Assembly: GCA_963714085.1 (NCBI GenBank)
Contig: OY970229.1
Location: 960,001-1,024,000, forward strand
DNA from: an uncultured Candidatus Micrarchaeota archaeon
GTDB lineage: Archaea; Micrarchaeota; Micrarchaeia; Anstonellales; Bilamarchaeaceae
Length of the DNA: 64,000 bases
Reading direction: 5' to 3'
The position numbers and the translations under genes were made by a program. Positions 7,177 to 16,142 of this stretch are shown here, piece after piece; positions within the stretch are counted from its first letter, which is position 1; every line of letters starts with the position of its first letter. The notes beneath the pieces are model-generated. The model was not told the origin of the DNA and did not search any database. It worked only from the letters and a program-made list of their open reading frames with translations.

Positions 7177-9855
7177 TTATTTTGGTGGTTTAAACGCCCT
7201 AAGAATGAATTGTGCTTCGGCAGTATCAAGTTTTAAGGTGGATTCTAGTTTATGCCTCGCATCTATCCTCTTTTTCTTGGCTTCCTGCTCCAACTTCTGA
7301 GCGTCCATCAAGTTATTAACAAGCTCTCTAGAAAGATCTGCTGGGGGTAGAGGCATTTTAATAGAAGAAATTGTGTTCCATTTAACCCTTGTTCTATTGA
7401 CTCCAGTTGCAGTTAATAGTAAATCTGCCCGAACTTCTGGTGTTCGTAATAGCATCCATACGATGTATGGATCAAAACCAGCTTTTGCTTTCAAAATAGT
7501 GAATTCTTTAGCTACTACACAACCGTCAAATTCGGGCAGAACTACTGCCGCCGCACCATACGTTGCGCTGATGTGGCTAATAACAATTTGGCCAGTATGA
7601 ACACGATACAATTCTGGATATTTGCAATCCGATGCTAACTGTTCATCTCCCTTTCTTGCAAATCCGTCATATGTAACTAAGAGAAACGAGACACTTTCAC
7701 TAGATTCAGAAGTATCGATAACATCTTCTTCACTTGGTTCAATAGGTTCGACAAGTTCGGATAGACTAGCTACTCGAAGACCCATATTAGTCCAGTTACG
7801 AATCTGACGGCCTGGAGTTTCAAGGCACGATTTTACATCCATTCTATCGGCGATGCGGGAGGACGGCACTACGAATTTCCTGACTGATGGGTCACCATTT
7901 AGGAATCGGTGGAATAGTTCGACAACCGTTTTTATTTCAGAAATGGCGTTTTGCCGATTAATCGCATCAATGGGAAGAATTCTTTGACGTGCAGGGTCAT
8001 CAAGTCCGATATGTATGCAACCATACATGAATACAGAACCTTGCTCTTGCATGGCTCCCTCTGTTTTAGCATCGTCTTCATCAGCTTTTTTTTCGAGGTA
8101 TAGTAGAGAGGTTTTTACTCTTGCTTGTGAACGCTGAAATGCATCTCCGGGTAGGGAGATGACTGCTTTGACAATGAACTTTTTTCGTATAAAATCTCTA
8201 ACCCAACTCATATCAGAACCACTAAGTATGCCGTCATCGATAACTGTTACCATCCTTCCGCCAGTTTTCAGGAGGTCATAGTATCGTTCGAGAAACATGA
8301 TGCTTGATTTCAAACCTTCTCTCGGAGTTTTCTGGCCATTTTCTAAGTTAAAACCTAGTTCATATTGATCAAGAACCTTAGCCTCGGAAGGCGTTTTTCG
8401 GTCATACGTTTTAGCAAACGGTGGGTTGGTTATAACTACATCTGCAAATCCCTTGCGCCCGATTAATTTCGCTAGTTCTTTTTTTTCAACTTTGACTTCT
8501 AAACTATCATTAGTCAGTATCGTCAGCTCTTTGTCTAGCACATCAGCTTCAAAGATTTTACTTGCTCCATCTCCGTGCAAATGCATATTCATCCGAGTTA
8601 AACGGGACATGTTGGGTTCTTTGCCAGCATCCACTCCGAATAGCTGATTATCGGCAATCGCTTTTTTCATCTCTGCTTTTTGTTTTTGGGATAACGACGA
8701 GTTTGCATCTATTTTAGCCCATATCTCTACCAATGCCTCGATTAAGAATCCGCCCGTTCCGCAACACGCATCTAAAACAACATCACAACGATTTCGTTCG
8801 AGTTGAATGTCTGCAAGGCGTGTCCCCAGCTTAACTATGCTTCTTGGAGTAAAGAATTGACCCAAATCTTTACCTCGCATTGTTGCGTTCAGGAACCTTT
8901 CAAAGAGACGACCATTCAAGTCTGCTTCGATACCGAAAAGATAGATGTGTTCTAATTTCCCTACGACTCCACTTATGATTTCCGGGCTGAGATTGATGTG
9001 ATCATTAGCCTCAAAAATGCGTTTCGTAGTCCCATCTCGGATGGCCTTTTCAAGTTCTTCTAATAGTTCATGGAATTGAATCGTATCCATGGGATTTTGG
9101 GCATCACTTTCTCTGCTTTTAATCCATGAAGAAGAAAAATGAACATCCTCAGCTTTCACATTAAACTGTTTTAGATTAACTAACTCAGGATATTTCGCTC
9201 TGATAAAGCGGTCAGATAAAAGCTTCAGAAAGACTAGCTTTACAAATTCTTCAAAACCCGCAGCTTGACTGATATTACCTTTCTTGTAGATATACTGATG
9301 GCACCAAGCAAAAGTGGCATTGAGTGATTCGAGGGCGGTGGGCTTAAGAAGTTCGTGCATGTCCGTAGCTGGCATTGGCTCTTTCGCTACTAGGTTTTCT
9401 CTGCTCATTAGCCGCTGCAAGTCTTTGAACTTGGGATTAGAGTCAGTAAAGTCATCAAAGTTCATCTTCACGAGTGGCTTATCAGAATCCCACTCATATA
9501 GTTCAGTAAAAACACCATTTGTGATGAGAAAAAACTGAACTGGATTTTCATTTTTGAACGTTTGATTTAGCATCAGGCAGTAACCTGCGCATTGTGACAG
9601 ATACTTGTGTATCGGCTCTGATGGGGATTTGGCATCAATTACTAATCGAGGTTTAGTTTTCAACTTTATGATGTAGTCCGGCGTATATGGAACCTTTTTG
9701 CTTCCCAAAGAAACAACGACGCTCTTAATCTGAGTTTTTGGGATTATCTCACTGTCTTTGAAGCCCAAATCTTGCAGCAATCGATTTAGAAAAAACTGTT
9801 CTACTGACGCCTCGTTCGATAGATTTGTCGAAGCGCAGTATTTGTTTTTGCTCAT
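7177..9855 (-). CDS. Fused restriction-modification enzyme (HsdR_N-like nuclease, N6-adenine methyltransferase, target recognition domain; type IIG-like)
   Basis: NEASVE..PDY..IDAK nuclease motif, GQFFTPR, VLDACCGTGGFL, NPPF, HsdS-like C-terminus. Confidence 0.9.
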   Translation of the reverse strand: MSKNKYCASTNLSNEASVEQFFLNRLLQDLGFKDSEIIPKTQIKSVVVSLGSKKVPYTPDYIIKLKTKPRLVIDAKSPSEPIHKYLSQCAGYCLMLNQTFKNENPVQFFLITNGVFTELYEWDSDKPLVKMNFDDFTDSNPKFKDLQRLMSRENLVAKEPMPATDMHELLKPTALESLNATFAWCHQYIYKKGNISQAAGFEEFVKLVFLKLLSDRFIRAKYPELVNLKQFNVKAEDVHFSSSWIKSRESDAQNPMDTIQFHELLEELEKAIRDGTTKRIFEANDHINLSPEIISGVVGKLEHIYLFGIEADLNGRLFERFLNATMRGKDLGQFFTPRSIVKLGTRLADIQLERNRCDVVLDACCGTGGFLIEALVEIWAKIDANSSLSQKQKAEMKKAIADNQLFGVDAGKEPNMSRLTRMNMHLHGDGASKIFEADVLDKELTILTNDSLEVKVEKKELAKLIGRKGFADVVITNPPFAKTYDRKTPSEAKVLDQYELGFNLENGQKTPREGLKSSIMFLERYYDLLKTGGRMVTVIDDGILSGSDMSWVRDFIRKKFIVKAVISLPGDAFQRSQARVKTSLLYLEKKADEDDAKTEGAMQEQGSVFMYGCIHIGLDDPARQRILPIDAINRQNAISEIKTVVELFHRFLNGDPSVRKFVVPSSRIADRMDVKSCLETPGRQIRNWTNMGLRVASLSELVEPIEPSEEDVIDTSESSESVSFLLVTYDGFARKGDEQLASDCKYPELYRVHTGQIVISHISATYGAAAVVLPEFDGCVVAKEFTILKAKAGFDPYIVWMLLRTPEVRADLLLTATGVNRTRVKWNTISSIKMPLPPADLSRELVNNLMDAQKLEQEAKKKRIDARHKLESTLKLDTAEAQFILRAFKPPK

Positions 9856-10190
9856 TTCCCCGCCTTCCTTATCCGATCTTTCGACGCTTCAATAACCTTT
9901 TGTCCTACAGGGCAACTACTAAATTCCTTTTTGCTCCAATCAATCATTTTGTGCTCATCAAAGAGCATATCACAATCATCACAAATATACGCATGAGCTA
10001 TTATCGAAACAAGACCGGAATGCGCGTCACCTTCGGAATCCATGCTGCAAAAAGGGAAGTCGCCTCCATTTAATCTAGGAGAAGCATGGGTGCCACACCA
10101 TCCGGTTACATCTACGATACAGCCGCTTCCACAATTTGGGCATTTGCCTTCTAGAAATGCTTTTTTATTAAACTTTTCGTCACTTCCCAT
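9852..10190 (-). CDS. Cys-rich (Zn-binding) hypothetical protein
   Basis: CPNC and CDDC motifs; ATGA overlap with the RM gene. Confidence 0.65.
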   Translation of the reverse strand: MGSDEKFNKKAFLEGKCPNCGSGCIVDVTGWCGTHASPRLNGGDFPFCSMDSEGDAHSGLVSIIAHAYICDDCDMLFDEHKMIDWSKKEFSSCPVGQKVIEASKDRIRKAGK

Positions 10191-10195
10191 TTACC

Positions 10196-10426
10196 TCACC
10201 TAATCCACCAAATCCAGATACCTCTCCCGGCCTTCAGTTGTTTACCATTAATGCGGTTATCGCCTCGTAACATAAGTAAGCGATGAAAAACCTTGGTGCG
10301 TGTGATTTTCTTATCTTTAAAACGGTCTACGATTTCCATAGTTTCAAGAGGTTCTTGTGCCATTCTTATGATGGAATAAAGATTTTCACGAACAAGATCT
10401 TCTTTGCCGTACTTTTTTCCATCCAT
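10196..10426 (-). CDS. Small winged-helix protein, possible regulator of the RM operon
   Basis: 76 aa; PLETMEIV...TRTKVFHRLLML...GIWIWW helix-wing pattern. Confidence 0.6.
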   Translation of the reverse strand: MDGKKYGKEDLVRENLYSIIRMAQEPLETMEIVDRFKDKKITRTKVFHRLLMLRGDNRINGKQLKAGRGIWIWWIR

Positions 10427-10546
10427 AGATAAAAGTATATATTGATAGATTTATGAATCAACCTTTCCATAAATACTTCAAAATATTAATCGATGAATGT
10501 ATAGAACTAGCTATAACTCATAAAACAGAAGAAGGCACAAAGAGAG

Positions 10547-11335
10547 CTATGGTTTCTCGGGTTTTGGAGGGTAATAGACCCCGATTATTAGCCACTCATT
10601 CCAATTACTCTCTGTTCCTACAAAAAAGTACACGTCCTTTTTAGATAAAAATTCCGTCTTATACTTCTGGACACATTTTTGAATTGCGGTTTCTTCAGTT
10701 CCATATTTCTTTAGCATCTGCCGATATAACTCCAACAATTCCCAGTCTTCTACCATCATATCATGACCAGGACAGGTAGCATCACACCTAAACTTATATG
10801 CAAAACGGTAAGGGATTTTGTCTAATGGACTTTTGTATGGTTCCCCCCCCAATGTCTTCTGCTTTCCTTCGACCAAATCTTTTTCCCAACCTCTTGCTTT
10901 TTCAATTGGTTCGGCATAAAAGTCGTCGATAAATTCTGGGTGGATGAATCCCAAAGACGTGTGGTCCTTATCATACTCGGTTTTAAGTGCCTCTATTGAT
11001 GGCATTAAGAATGGTAATAAGAACGTGTTTCGTTTTTTCCAGTCGCCTTCTGTAGGGATATACTTTCCAGTACGTACAATCGTATCGTCCTTGACTTTAT
11101 GACTTTCTTTCCGTTTGAACTTTTCATTCGGGTTGTGCTCCGCATTTACCTCGATCAACTCGAATTTATGAGGTCTTTTTTCATAAGGTAAATCGAAAAA
11201 TCTTACCGGGTATATCCTAATCCATTCTTTAGCGTCAATGTCAATTCCGGCCATACAAGCCGTTCGTTCATATTTTCGACTAAGGTTGGGGTATGTTTTT
11301 ACCAAAAGAAGAACCTTCCTTCTTTTGAATGTCAT
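10547..11335 (-). CDS. Conserved hypothetical protein associated with DUF488 (OB-fold-like)
   Basis: KTYP..S.KY.ETxCxAG..WIRIYPV-type N-terminus; coupled to the DUF488 gene by ATGA overlap. Confidence 0.65.
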   Translation of the reverse strand: MTFKRRKVLLLVKTYPNLSRKYERTACMAGIDIDAKEWIRIYPVRFFDLPYEKRPHKFELIEVNAEHNPNEKFKRKESHKVKDDTIVRTGKYIPTEGDWKKRNTFLLPFLMPSIEALKTEYDKDHTSLGFIHPEFIDDFYAEPIEKARGWEKDLVEGKQKTLGGEPYKSPLDKIPYRFAYKFRCDATCPGHDMMVEDWELLELYRQMLKKYGTEETAIQKCVQKYKTEFLSKKDVYFFVGTESNWNEWLIIGVYYPPKPEKP

Positions 11336-12135
11336 ATATCTACCACCCTGAACCCATCCCGAATCAATTTCTTTTTTATGATGCTCCTATGGCATTTGTT
11401 AACGTCCTTTTCAAAACACATCATCACCGTTTTCCTTACCTGAGCCAACCCTTCAAGATCCAACAACTGTTCTTGAGATTCGGGTTTTGATAGTGCTTCT
11501 TCGTACTCTTTAAAAAACTCAGGATAATCCCACCCCTCCCAAAGCTTATGTCTAAGTTCCCTTGGCGATCCTAAAAGCGGGAAGTGTTTGTATACAATCC
11601 CGTTTTCCTGAAGTGCTTTCGACAACGCTGATTTTGCAAAACCATTTTTCCTACTAAAAGCGAGTTCTCTTACGTCGATTACCTGCTGAACCCCATTTTC
11701 CTTCAAAACACCGACAAATTCTAATAGATTCTTGCCTTCGTATCCGATGGTAAATACTACAGTGTCGCTTTTATGCGGGAGATACCAGTAAGTCAAGGTC
11801 CCTTCCTTCCTTCTTTGAAGCTTAACCTCTTCTTCAAGTCGCCTAACCCATGAGTTGTTTGGGACTTCTTGTGGCAGACCGAGTTTGGTTTTTATATCAT
11901 GCCACGTCATGCCTGCCTTTGTTTTGTTCAATAAGTTCGTGATCTTAATTTTGAACTCTTCATACGTCAATACGTCCGATTTTATTACGACAAGTCCTTC
12001 CGTAGTTACATGAGTTTTGAGGTTTTGGCCTTCTTTCCATCCGAGTAATGCTATGTCGCTGGGTGGGATGGTTATTACCCATTTTGTATACTCTTTATCA
12101 TCGACCTTTCTGGATAGCTGTTTTTGTAATTGCAT
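11332..12135 (-). CDS. AbrB-like + helical domain + DUF488 fusion protein
   Basis: KWVITIP..LLGWKEGQ (AbrB-like); FTIGYEG, IDVR, SRKNGF, LGSP, MCFE..CHR (DUF488). Confidence 0.85.
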   Translation of the reverse strand: MQLQKQLSRKVDDKEYTKWVITIPPSDIALLGWKEGQNLKTHVTTEGLVVIKSDVLTYEEFKIKITNLLNKTKAGMTWHDIKTKLGLPQEVPNNSWVRRLEEEVKLQRRKEGTLTYWYLPHKSDTVVFTIGYEGKNLLEFVGVLKENGVQQVIDVRELAFSRKNGFAKSALSKALQENGIVYKHFPLLGSPRELRHKLWEGWDYPEFFKEYEEALSKPESQEQLLDLEGLAQVRKTVMMCFEKDVNKCHRSIIKKKLIRDGFRVVDI

Positions 12136-12144
12136 ATCTCTGTC

Positions 12145-12236
12145 TTAGGTACCAATATTTATATATCTTGGTAGGTACCTACATAGTATTTAAATCAATA
12201 GGTACCTAATATATCTGTAAGCTGTTAGGTACCTAA
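12145..12236. promoter_or_regulatory. Divergent promoter with four TAGGTACCTA-like palindromes
   Basis: GGTACC cores at 12148, 12174, 12201, 12228, interleaved with TATA-like TTTATATA and TTTAAA. Confidence 0.8.
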
Positions 12237-12244
12237 GATATGAA

Positions 12245-13471
12245 ATGATACACTGGATGATTGAAATGCCTGAACAAAACCCACCCTGCAAGCACTGCGG
12301 CTCTCCCTTCGTCATCCGAGACAGCGTAATCCAAACCGCCGAATGGGAGAACGGGATATACACCTGCTGCCGATGCATGAGGAGCTTCACCCAAAAGGTC
12401 GAGAAAAAGATGGAAATCGAAAGACCCGAAGGCTTCCAGTCCTTCCTCCCTCCGCCCAGCCCTACAGCGCCTATCCAATGGTCCCAATACAACGAGGCTC
12501 AGGTGCGCGAGAAGCTCCTGTTCCTCGAAATCCTCCAAGACCTGTGCTCCAGGCTTCCGGACGGAGAACCGGGCAAGGTAGGCCGTCCCAGGGCTTCCAC
12601 AAGAGAGATGGTCTTCTGCATGGTAGCCAAGCTCTACGAGGGACTGTCCTCCCGCAGGGTGTCTTCGGACCTCCAAATAGCCGCCCAAAGGGGCCATATC
12701 GCCAAGGTCCCGCATTTCAATACTGTCCTCAAGTACTTCAACGATCCCGGCATGGCGCCGCTCCTGACCGGGCTTATCCAGCTCTCATCGCTTCCTCTGA
12801 GGGACTTCGAGACCACGTTCGCGGTGGATGCAAGCGGCCTCAGCTCCGCGTTCTATTCGAGATGGTTCGATTACAGGTTCGGGCATCTCGACGGAAGGGA
12901 AAGCAAGGCCCACGACTGGATAAAAATCCACGTCGTCTGCGGGGTGAAGTCAAACATCGTGACCTCAATTGTTGTCACCGACGGCAAGACCAGTGACTGC
13001 CCCCAATTTCCCGCGCTCCTGAAGACCACGGCGGAGAACTTCGACGTCAAGGAAATCACGGCGGATAAGGGTTATTCAAGTCGGCGGAATATCGACGCGG
13101 CATTCGAGATCGGCGCCGTCCCGCTCATCCCATTCAAGTCCAATACTACGGGAAACGCGGGCGGAAGCCTAGCCTGGAGCAAGATGTACCATTACTACCA
13201 GCTGCAAAGGGAGGCTTTCCTGGCTCGGTACCACCAGCGGAGCAACGTAGAAAGCACGTTCAGCGCCCTGAAAAGGAAGTTCTCGACCAAGCTTATGCTG
13301 AAAAACGAGCCCGCCCAGGTCAACGAAGCCCTTGCCATGATCCTTTGCCACAACATCTGCGTCCTGATCCGGGAAGCGTTCGAGAACGGGATTTCTACTG
13401 AGTTCGAGGGGGTTGCACATAAAGTTCCGGTGCTGCACATAAAGGAGGGGATAACGTTTGGAAATCGCTAA
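12245..13471 (+). CDS. DDE transposase (IS4/IS5-like, DDE_Tnp_1 type) with N-terminal Zn ribbon
   Basis: AVDASG, WIKIH, TADKGYSS, YHQRSNVESTFSALK (Y-2-R-3-E-6-K); CKHC..CCRC. Confidence 0.9.
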   Translation: MIHWMIEMPEQNPPCKHCGSPFVIRDSVIQTAEWENGIYTCCRCMRSFTQKVEKKMEIERPEGFQSFLPPPSPTAPIQWSQYNEAQVREKLLFLEILQDLCSRLPDGEPGKVGRPRASTREMVFCMVAKLYEGLSSRRVSSDLQIAAQRGHIAKVPHFNTVLKYFNDPGMAPLLTGLIQLSSLPLRDFETTFAVDASGLSSAFYSRWFDYRFGHLDGRESKAHDWIKIHVVCGVKSNIVTSIVVTDGKTSDCPQFPALLKTTAENFDVKEITADKGYSSRRNIDAAFEIGAVPLIPFKSNTTGNAGGSLAWSKMYHYYQLQREAFLARYHQRSNVESTFSALKRKFSTKLMLKNEPAQVNEALAMILCHNICVLIREAFENGISTEFEGVAHKVPVLHIKEGITFGNR

Positions 13472-13561
13472 TTTGTGTGCAATGCCCTTTTTTCGGGATT
13501 TGCACATAAACTAGGGGCTGCACATAAATCGGGCTGCTTGCACATAAAATAAGGGATAAAA
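13414..13561 (+). repeat. Right-end motif array and right direct repeat
   Basis: TGCACATAAA at 13414, 13434, 13501, 13519, 13539; inverted variant TTTGTGTGCA at 13472. Confidence 0.92.
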
Positions 13562-13578
13562 CAATCGACGTCCGGGCT

Positions 13579-14154
13579 CTATCTACCGAACCTTCTCTCG
13601 AGCAGCTCGGCGGGCGGCTTGGTGAAAAGATAGTACTTCTCGTGGCCCTCGAGCTCGTTGAGTATCCTGTGGCTGAAGACCGCTACCGGGTCGGCAAGGC
13701 TCGGCACCCTCTTGTGGAGGTCCGCGAAGCTCTCGAACGGAGTCTTCTCCCGCTCTGTGAGCAGCGCCTCCATGGTCTTCTTGCCTATGCCTGGGAGCAG
13801 GTCCAGGGTGTGCACCCTTATGGATATGGGCTTGGCCCTGTTGAGGAAGTCCACGAACTCCTTCTCCCGCTCCGTTATCGCCTTCTTCACTATGTTCGGC
13901 AGGAATTCCCTCGCGCCGTTTGTGAGGTCCTCGTATTTTATCCTGCCCTTGATGTGCTCGACCTCCTGCCTGCCCTCCTTGCCCACGCACACCTTCTGGC
14001 CTATCACTATGGCCGCTTCCGGCTTGACCGACGCCTCGAGCAGGGTGAAGAACCTTGTGCCCAGCAGCTGGACCATGGGCTCCCTCTTTATGGCAGCCGC
14101 ATGGCCAAGTGGCATGTATTCGACGACCCAGGCGTAGTCCTCCATAGTGAACAT
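13579..14154 (-). CDS. DUF655 family putative RNA-binding protein
   Basis: FTLLE, LLPGIGKK helix-hairpin-helix, KYYLF; conserved position after rpl21e-rpo4. Confidence 0.92.
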   Translation of the reverse strand: MFTMEDYAWVVEYMPLGHAAAIKREPMVQLLGTRFFTLLEASVKPEAAIVIGQKVCVGKEGRQEVEHIKGRIKYEDLTNGAREFLPNIVKKAITEREKEFVDFLNRAKPISIRVHTLDLLPGIGKKTMEALLTEREKTPFESFADLHKRVPSLADPVAVFSHRILNELEGHEKYYLFTKPPAELLERRFGR

Positions 14155-14155
14155 C

Positions 14156-14476
14156 TCATTTCTGCAATTGCTTTAGGATCTCTGCCGCATCCTCATCTTT
14201 CATCTCGATCTTGTTCTTGGCTATTATGGCCTTGAGCGTCTCCTGGTACTTCGGGCTGAGGTCCACGAGCTTGACCGCGGTCTCCCTGTCCACAACGCCC
14301 TTCTTGACCAGACCGTCCGCGGCCTTCTCGGCCTCCGAGGGCGTCCAGCGGGAGAACTTCTCCGCATGCTCGGCCGCCTGCGCCTGCTCGTATTCGAGCT
14401 CCTTGTCCTTCTTCCGCTCCTCGAGCAGCTCCTTGACCTCGGCTATAGAAGCCGGCCTTGATTTCACGATCTTCAT
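14156..14476 (-). CDS. rpoF: RNA polymerase subunit F (Rpo4)
   Basis: SIAEVKELL..ELEYEQ..HAEKFS..AVKLVDLSP; synteny. Confidence 0.9.
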   Translation of the reverse strand: MKIVKSRPASIAEVKELLEERKKDKELEYEQAQAAEHAEKFSRWTPSEAEKAADGLVKKGVVDRETAVKLVDLSPKYQETLKAIIAKNKIEMKDEDAAEILKQLQK

Positions 14477-14487
14477 GTTGCAACACC

Positions 14488-14763
14488 CTACGCGGCTTTG
14501 AGATGTATCGGGCTGGCGATCAGCCGCTTCTCGAGTCCGCCGTCCTTTATCTTTATCACGTAGCATCCGCCCCTCTTCTCGACGATGGTGCCGTGCCTGC
14601 CCTTGTACCTCATGTGCGGCTGGCCCGAGGATGCCGCCCTCTGCTTGATGACGACCTTGGTGCCGACCTGGAAAGTCTTGACCTGATCGCACACCGTGAG
14701 GTTCATCCTGCCCCGGAGCTTCCTGGAATTGCCGCTCAATGTCCCTTTGGAATTTTTGACCAT
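14488..14763 (-). CDS. rpl21e: 50S ribosomal protein L21e
   Basis: SKG..SRKL, PHMRYKGRHG, DGGLEK..PIHLK. Confidence 0.93.
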   Translation of the reverse strand: MVKNSKGTLSGNSRKLRGRMNLTVCDQVKTFQVGTKVVIKQRAASSGQPHMRYKGRHGTIVEKRGGCYVIKIKDGGLEKRLIASPIHLKAA

Positions 14764-14934
14764 TTATCCCACCTTATCGTATGTACGGCATGGCACCGGA
14801 TGCCCATTAAAGCCTGTGGCTCCTGCGCACGTGCCCTGCACAACCCATTATCATGACGAAATGTTTTTAAAAGGCAGCCGCTCCTTTTAAAAGGTTCCTT
14901 TAAAAACGATTCCTTCCATTTAAAAATAGGTAAG

Positions 14935-15504
14935 GTGGTCTTTTTGTCTAAAAACCCCGAATTCGTAATCACGAACATGGTGGCTTCTGCGTCGCTCGGC
15001 CTCGAGCTCGACCTCTACTCGCTTGCGCAGAAGATAAAGGAGATAGAGTACGAGCCCGAGCAGTTCCCAGGAGCCATACTGAAGTTCAAGGATCCCAAGG
15101 CGTCGCTGCTCCTCTTCAAGAACGGCAAGGTCGTGTGCGTCGGCTGCAAGAAGCGCTCGCTCATAGAGAAGACCATAGAGAGGACCATAAAGCTCCTCAC
15201 GCCCTACGCCAAGAGGATAACCAAGACCAAGAAGCCCAAGATAGAGATAACCAACATCGTCGCCTCGGCCGCCCTCGGCATAGACCTGGACCTCTACAAG
15301 ATCGCCTACAAGGTCAAGGACGTGGAATACGAGCCCGAGCAGTTCCCCGGAGCCATACTGAAGTTCAAGGAACCGAAGGCATCATTGCTCCTCTTCAAGA
15401 ACGGGAAGGTCATATGCGCCGGAGCGAAGAACGAAGCGGACATACGCACCGTGCTCCGCAAGGCCAAGACCCTCCTAGAGAAATACAGCGAGAAGAAGAA
15501 ATGA
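14935..15504 (+). CDS. tbp: TATA-box binding protein (TTG at 14944 is a likely start)
   Basis: Two repeats of N.VASA..EYEPEQFPGAI..LLFKNGKV.C.G. Confidence 0.97.
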   Translation: MVFLSKNPEFVITNMVASASLGLELDLYSLAQKIKEIEYEPEQFPGAILKFKDPKASLLLFKNGKVVCVGCKKRSLIEKTIERTIKLLTPYAKRITKTKKPKIEITNIVASAALGIDLDLYKIAYKVKDVEYEPEQFPGAILKFKEPKASLLLFKNGKVICAGAKNEADIRTVLRKAKTLLEKYSEKKK

Positions 15505-15520
15505 TCCCACGGTTGATGCG

Positions 15521-16078
15521 GTGAGGGGCCTATTCGCGCTTGGCATAACCATCCTGCTGCTTTTCGGCTGCATATCCAGCGACACCAAGGTCGGCCTCAC
15601 CACCGAGGCCGCGTGCGACAACCCCACGCCGCCCAAGCCCCCGTTGCGCGACTCCGAGAAGATCGCATGCTACCACCAGGCGGCGATCAGCGACGCCTAC
15701 CTCGTGGATAACAACGGCGCGCGCGATACATGCTCCGACATCATGAACAAGATAGGCGACAATCACCCGAACGACGACATCGGCGCGCAGGCCGAGACCG
15801 AGCGCAACCTCTGCTTCTTCGACATCGCGAAGATAATCGCCAGGCAGAACGGCATGCAGCAGTTCGCGCTCGACATATGCAGCAACATACGTGACAGCAC
15901 CGGCCACAGCCTGACCGGCGCGCAGGTCACGGAGGACACCTGCGCGAGCGAGGTGCAGAAGCAGGCGGCCGTAACCACGGAGCAGTACTACGCGAGCCCG
16001 AACAACATCTGCAGCCTGGCCCTAATCCTGCCCCTCATCCTCGCGTTCGCGCTGTTCGAATGGAAAAGGCGCGAATGA
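15521..16078 (+). CDS. Cys-rich lipoprotein with C-terminal TM helix
   Basis: LLFGC lipobox-like signal, paired Cys, hydrophobic tail followed by KRR. Confidence 0.7.
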   Translation: MRGLFALGITILLLFGCISSDTKVGLTTEAACDNPTPPKPPLRDSEKIACYHQAAISDAYLVDNNGARDTCSDIMNKIGDNHPNDDIGAQAETERNLCFFDIAKIIARQNGMQQFALDICSNIRDSTGHSLTGAQVTEDTCASEVQKQAAVTTEQYYASPNNICSLALILPLILAFALFEWKRRE

Positions 16079-16092
16079 CGACTTTCCGAAGA

Positions 16093-16106
16093 CAGCCTTC
16101 GGGCTG
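16093..16106. terminator. cUUCGg hairpin between convergent genes
   Basis: CAGCC-TTCG-GGCTG. Confidence 0.35.
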
Positions 16107-16142
16107 CGGGCCCTGGAATTCAATTGAAAAGAAGAAAACAAG

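Larger units (their letters stand above)
4598..13561. mobile_element. Defence-type genomic island bounded by direct repeats and carrying a DDE transposase
   Basis: Cargo is visibly more AT-rich than the flanks; ~79 bp direct repeats at both ends; transposase next to the right repeat; lies between housekeeping genes tfb and DUF655. Confidence 0.8.

Noticed and set aside
7154..7178. AACGACT/AGTCGTT inverted repeat between convergent island genes
   Set aside because: 7-bp stem with a long loop; at most a terminator-like element.
14764..14855. Possible structured leader of rpl21e
   Set aside because: Only short GC hairpins; no consistent fold could be supported.
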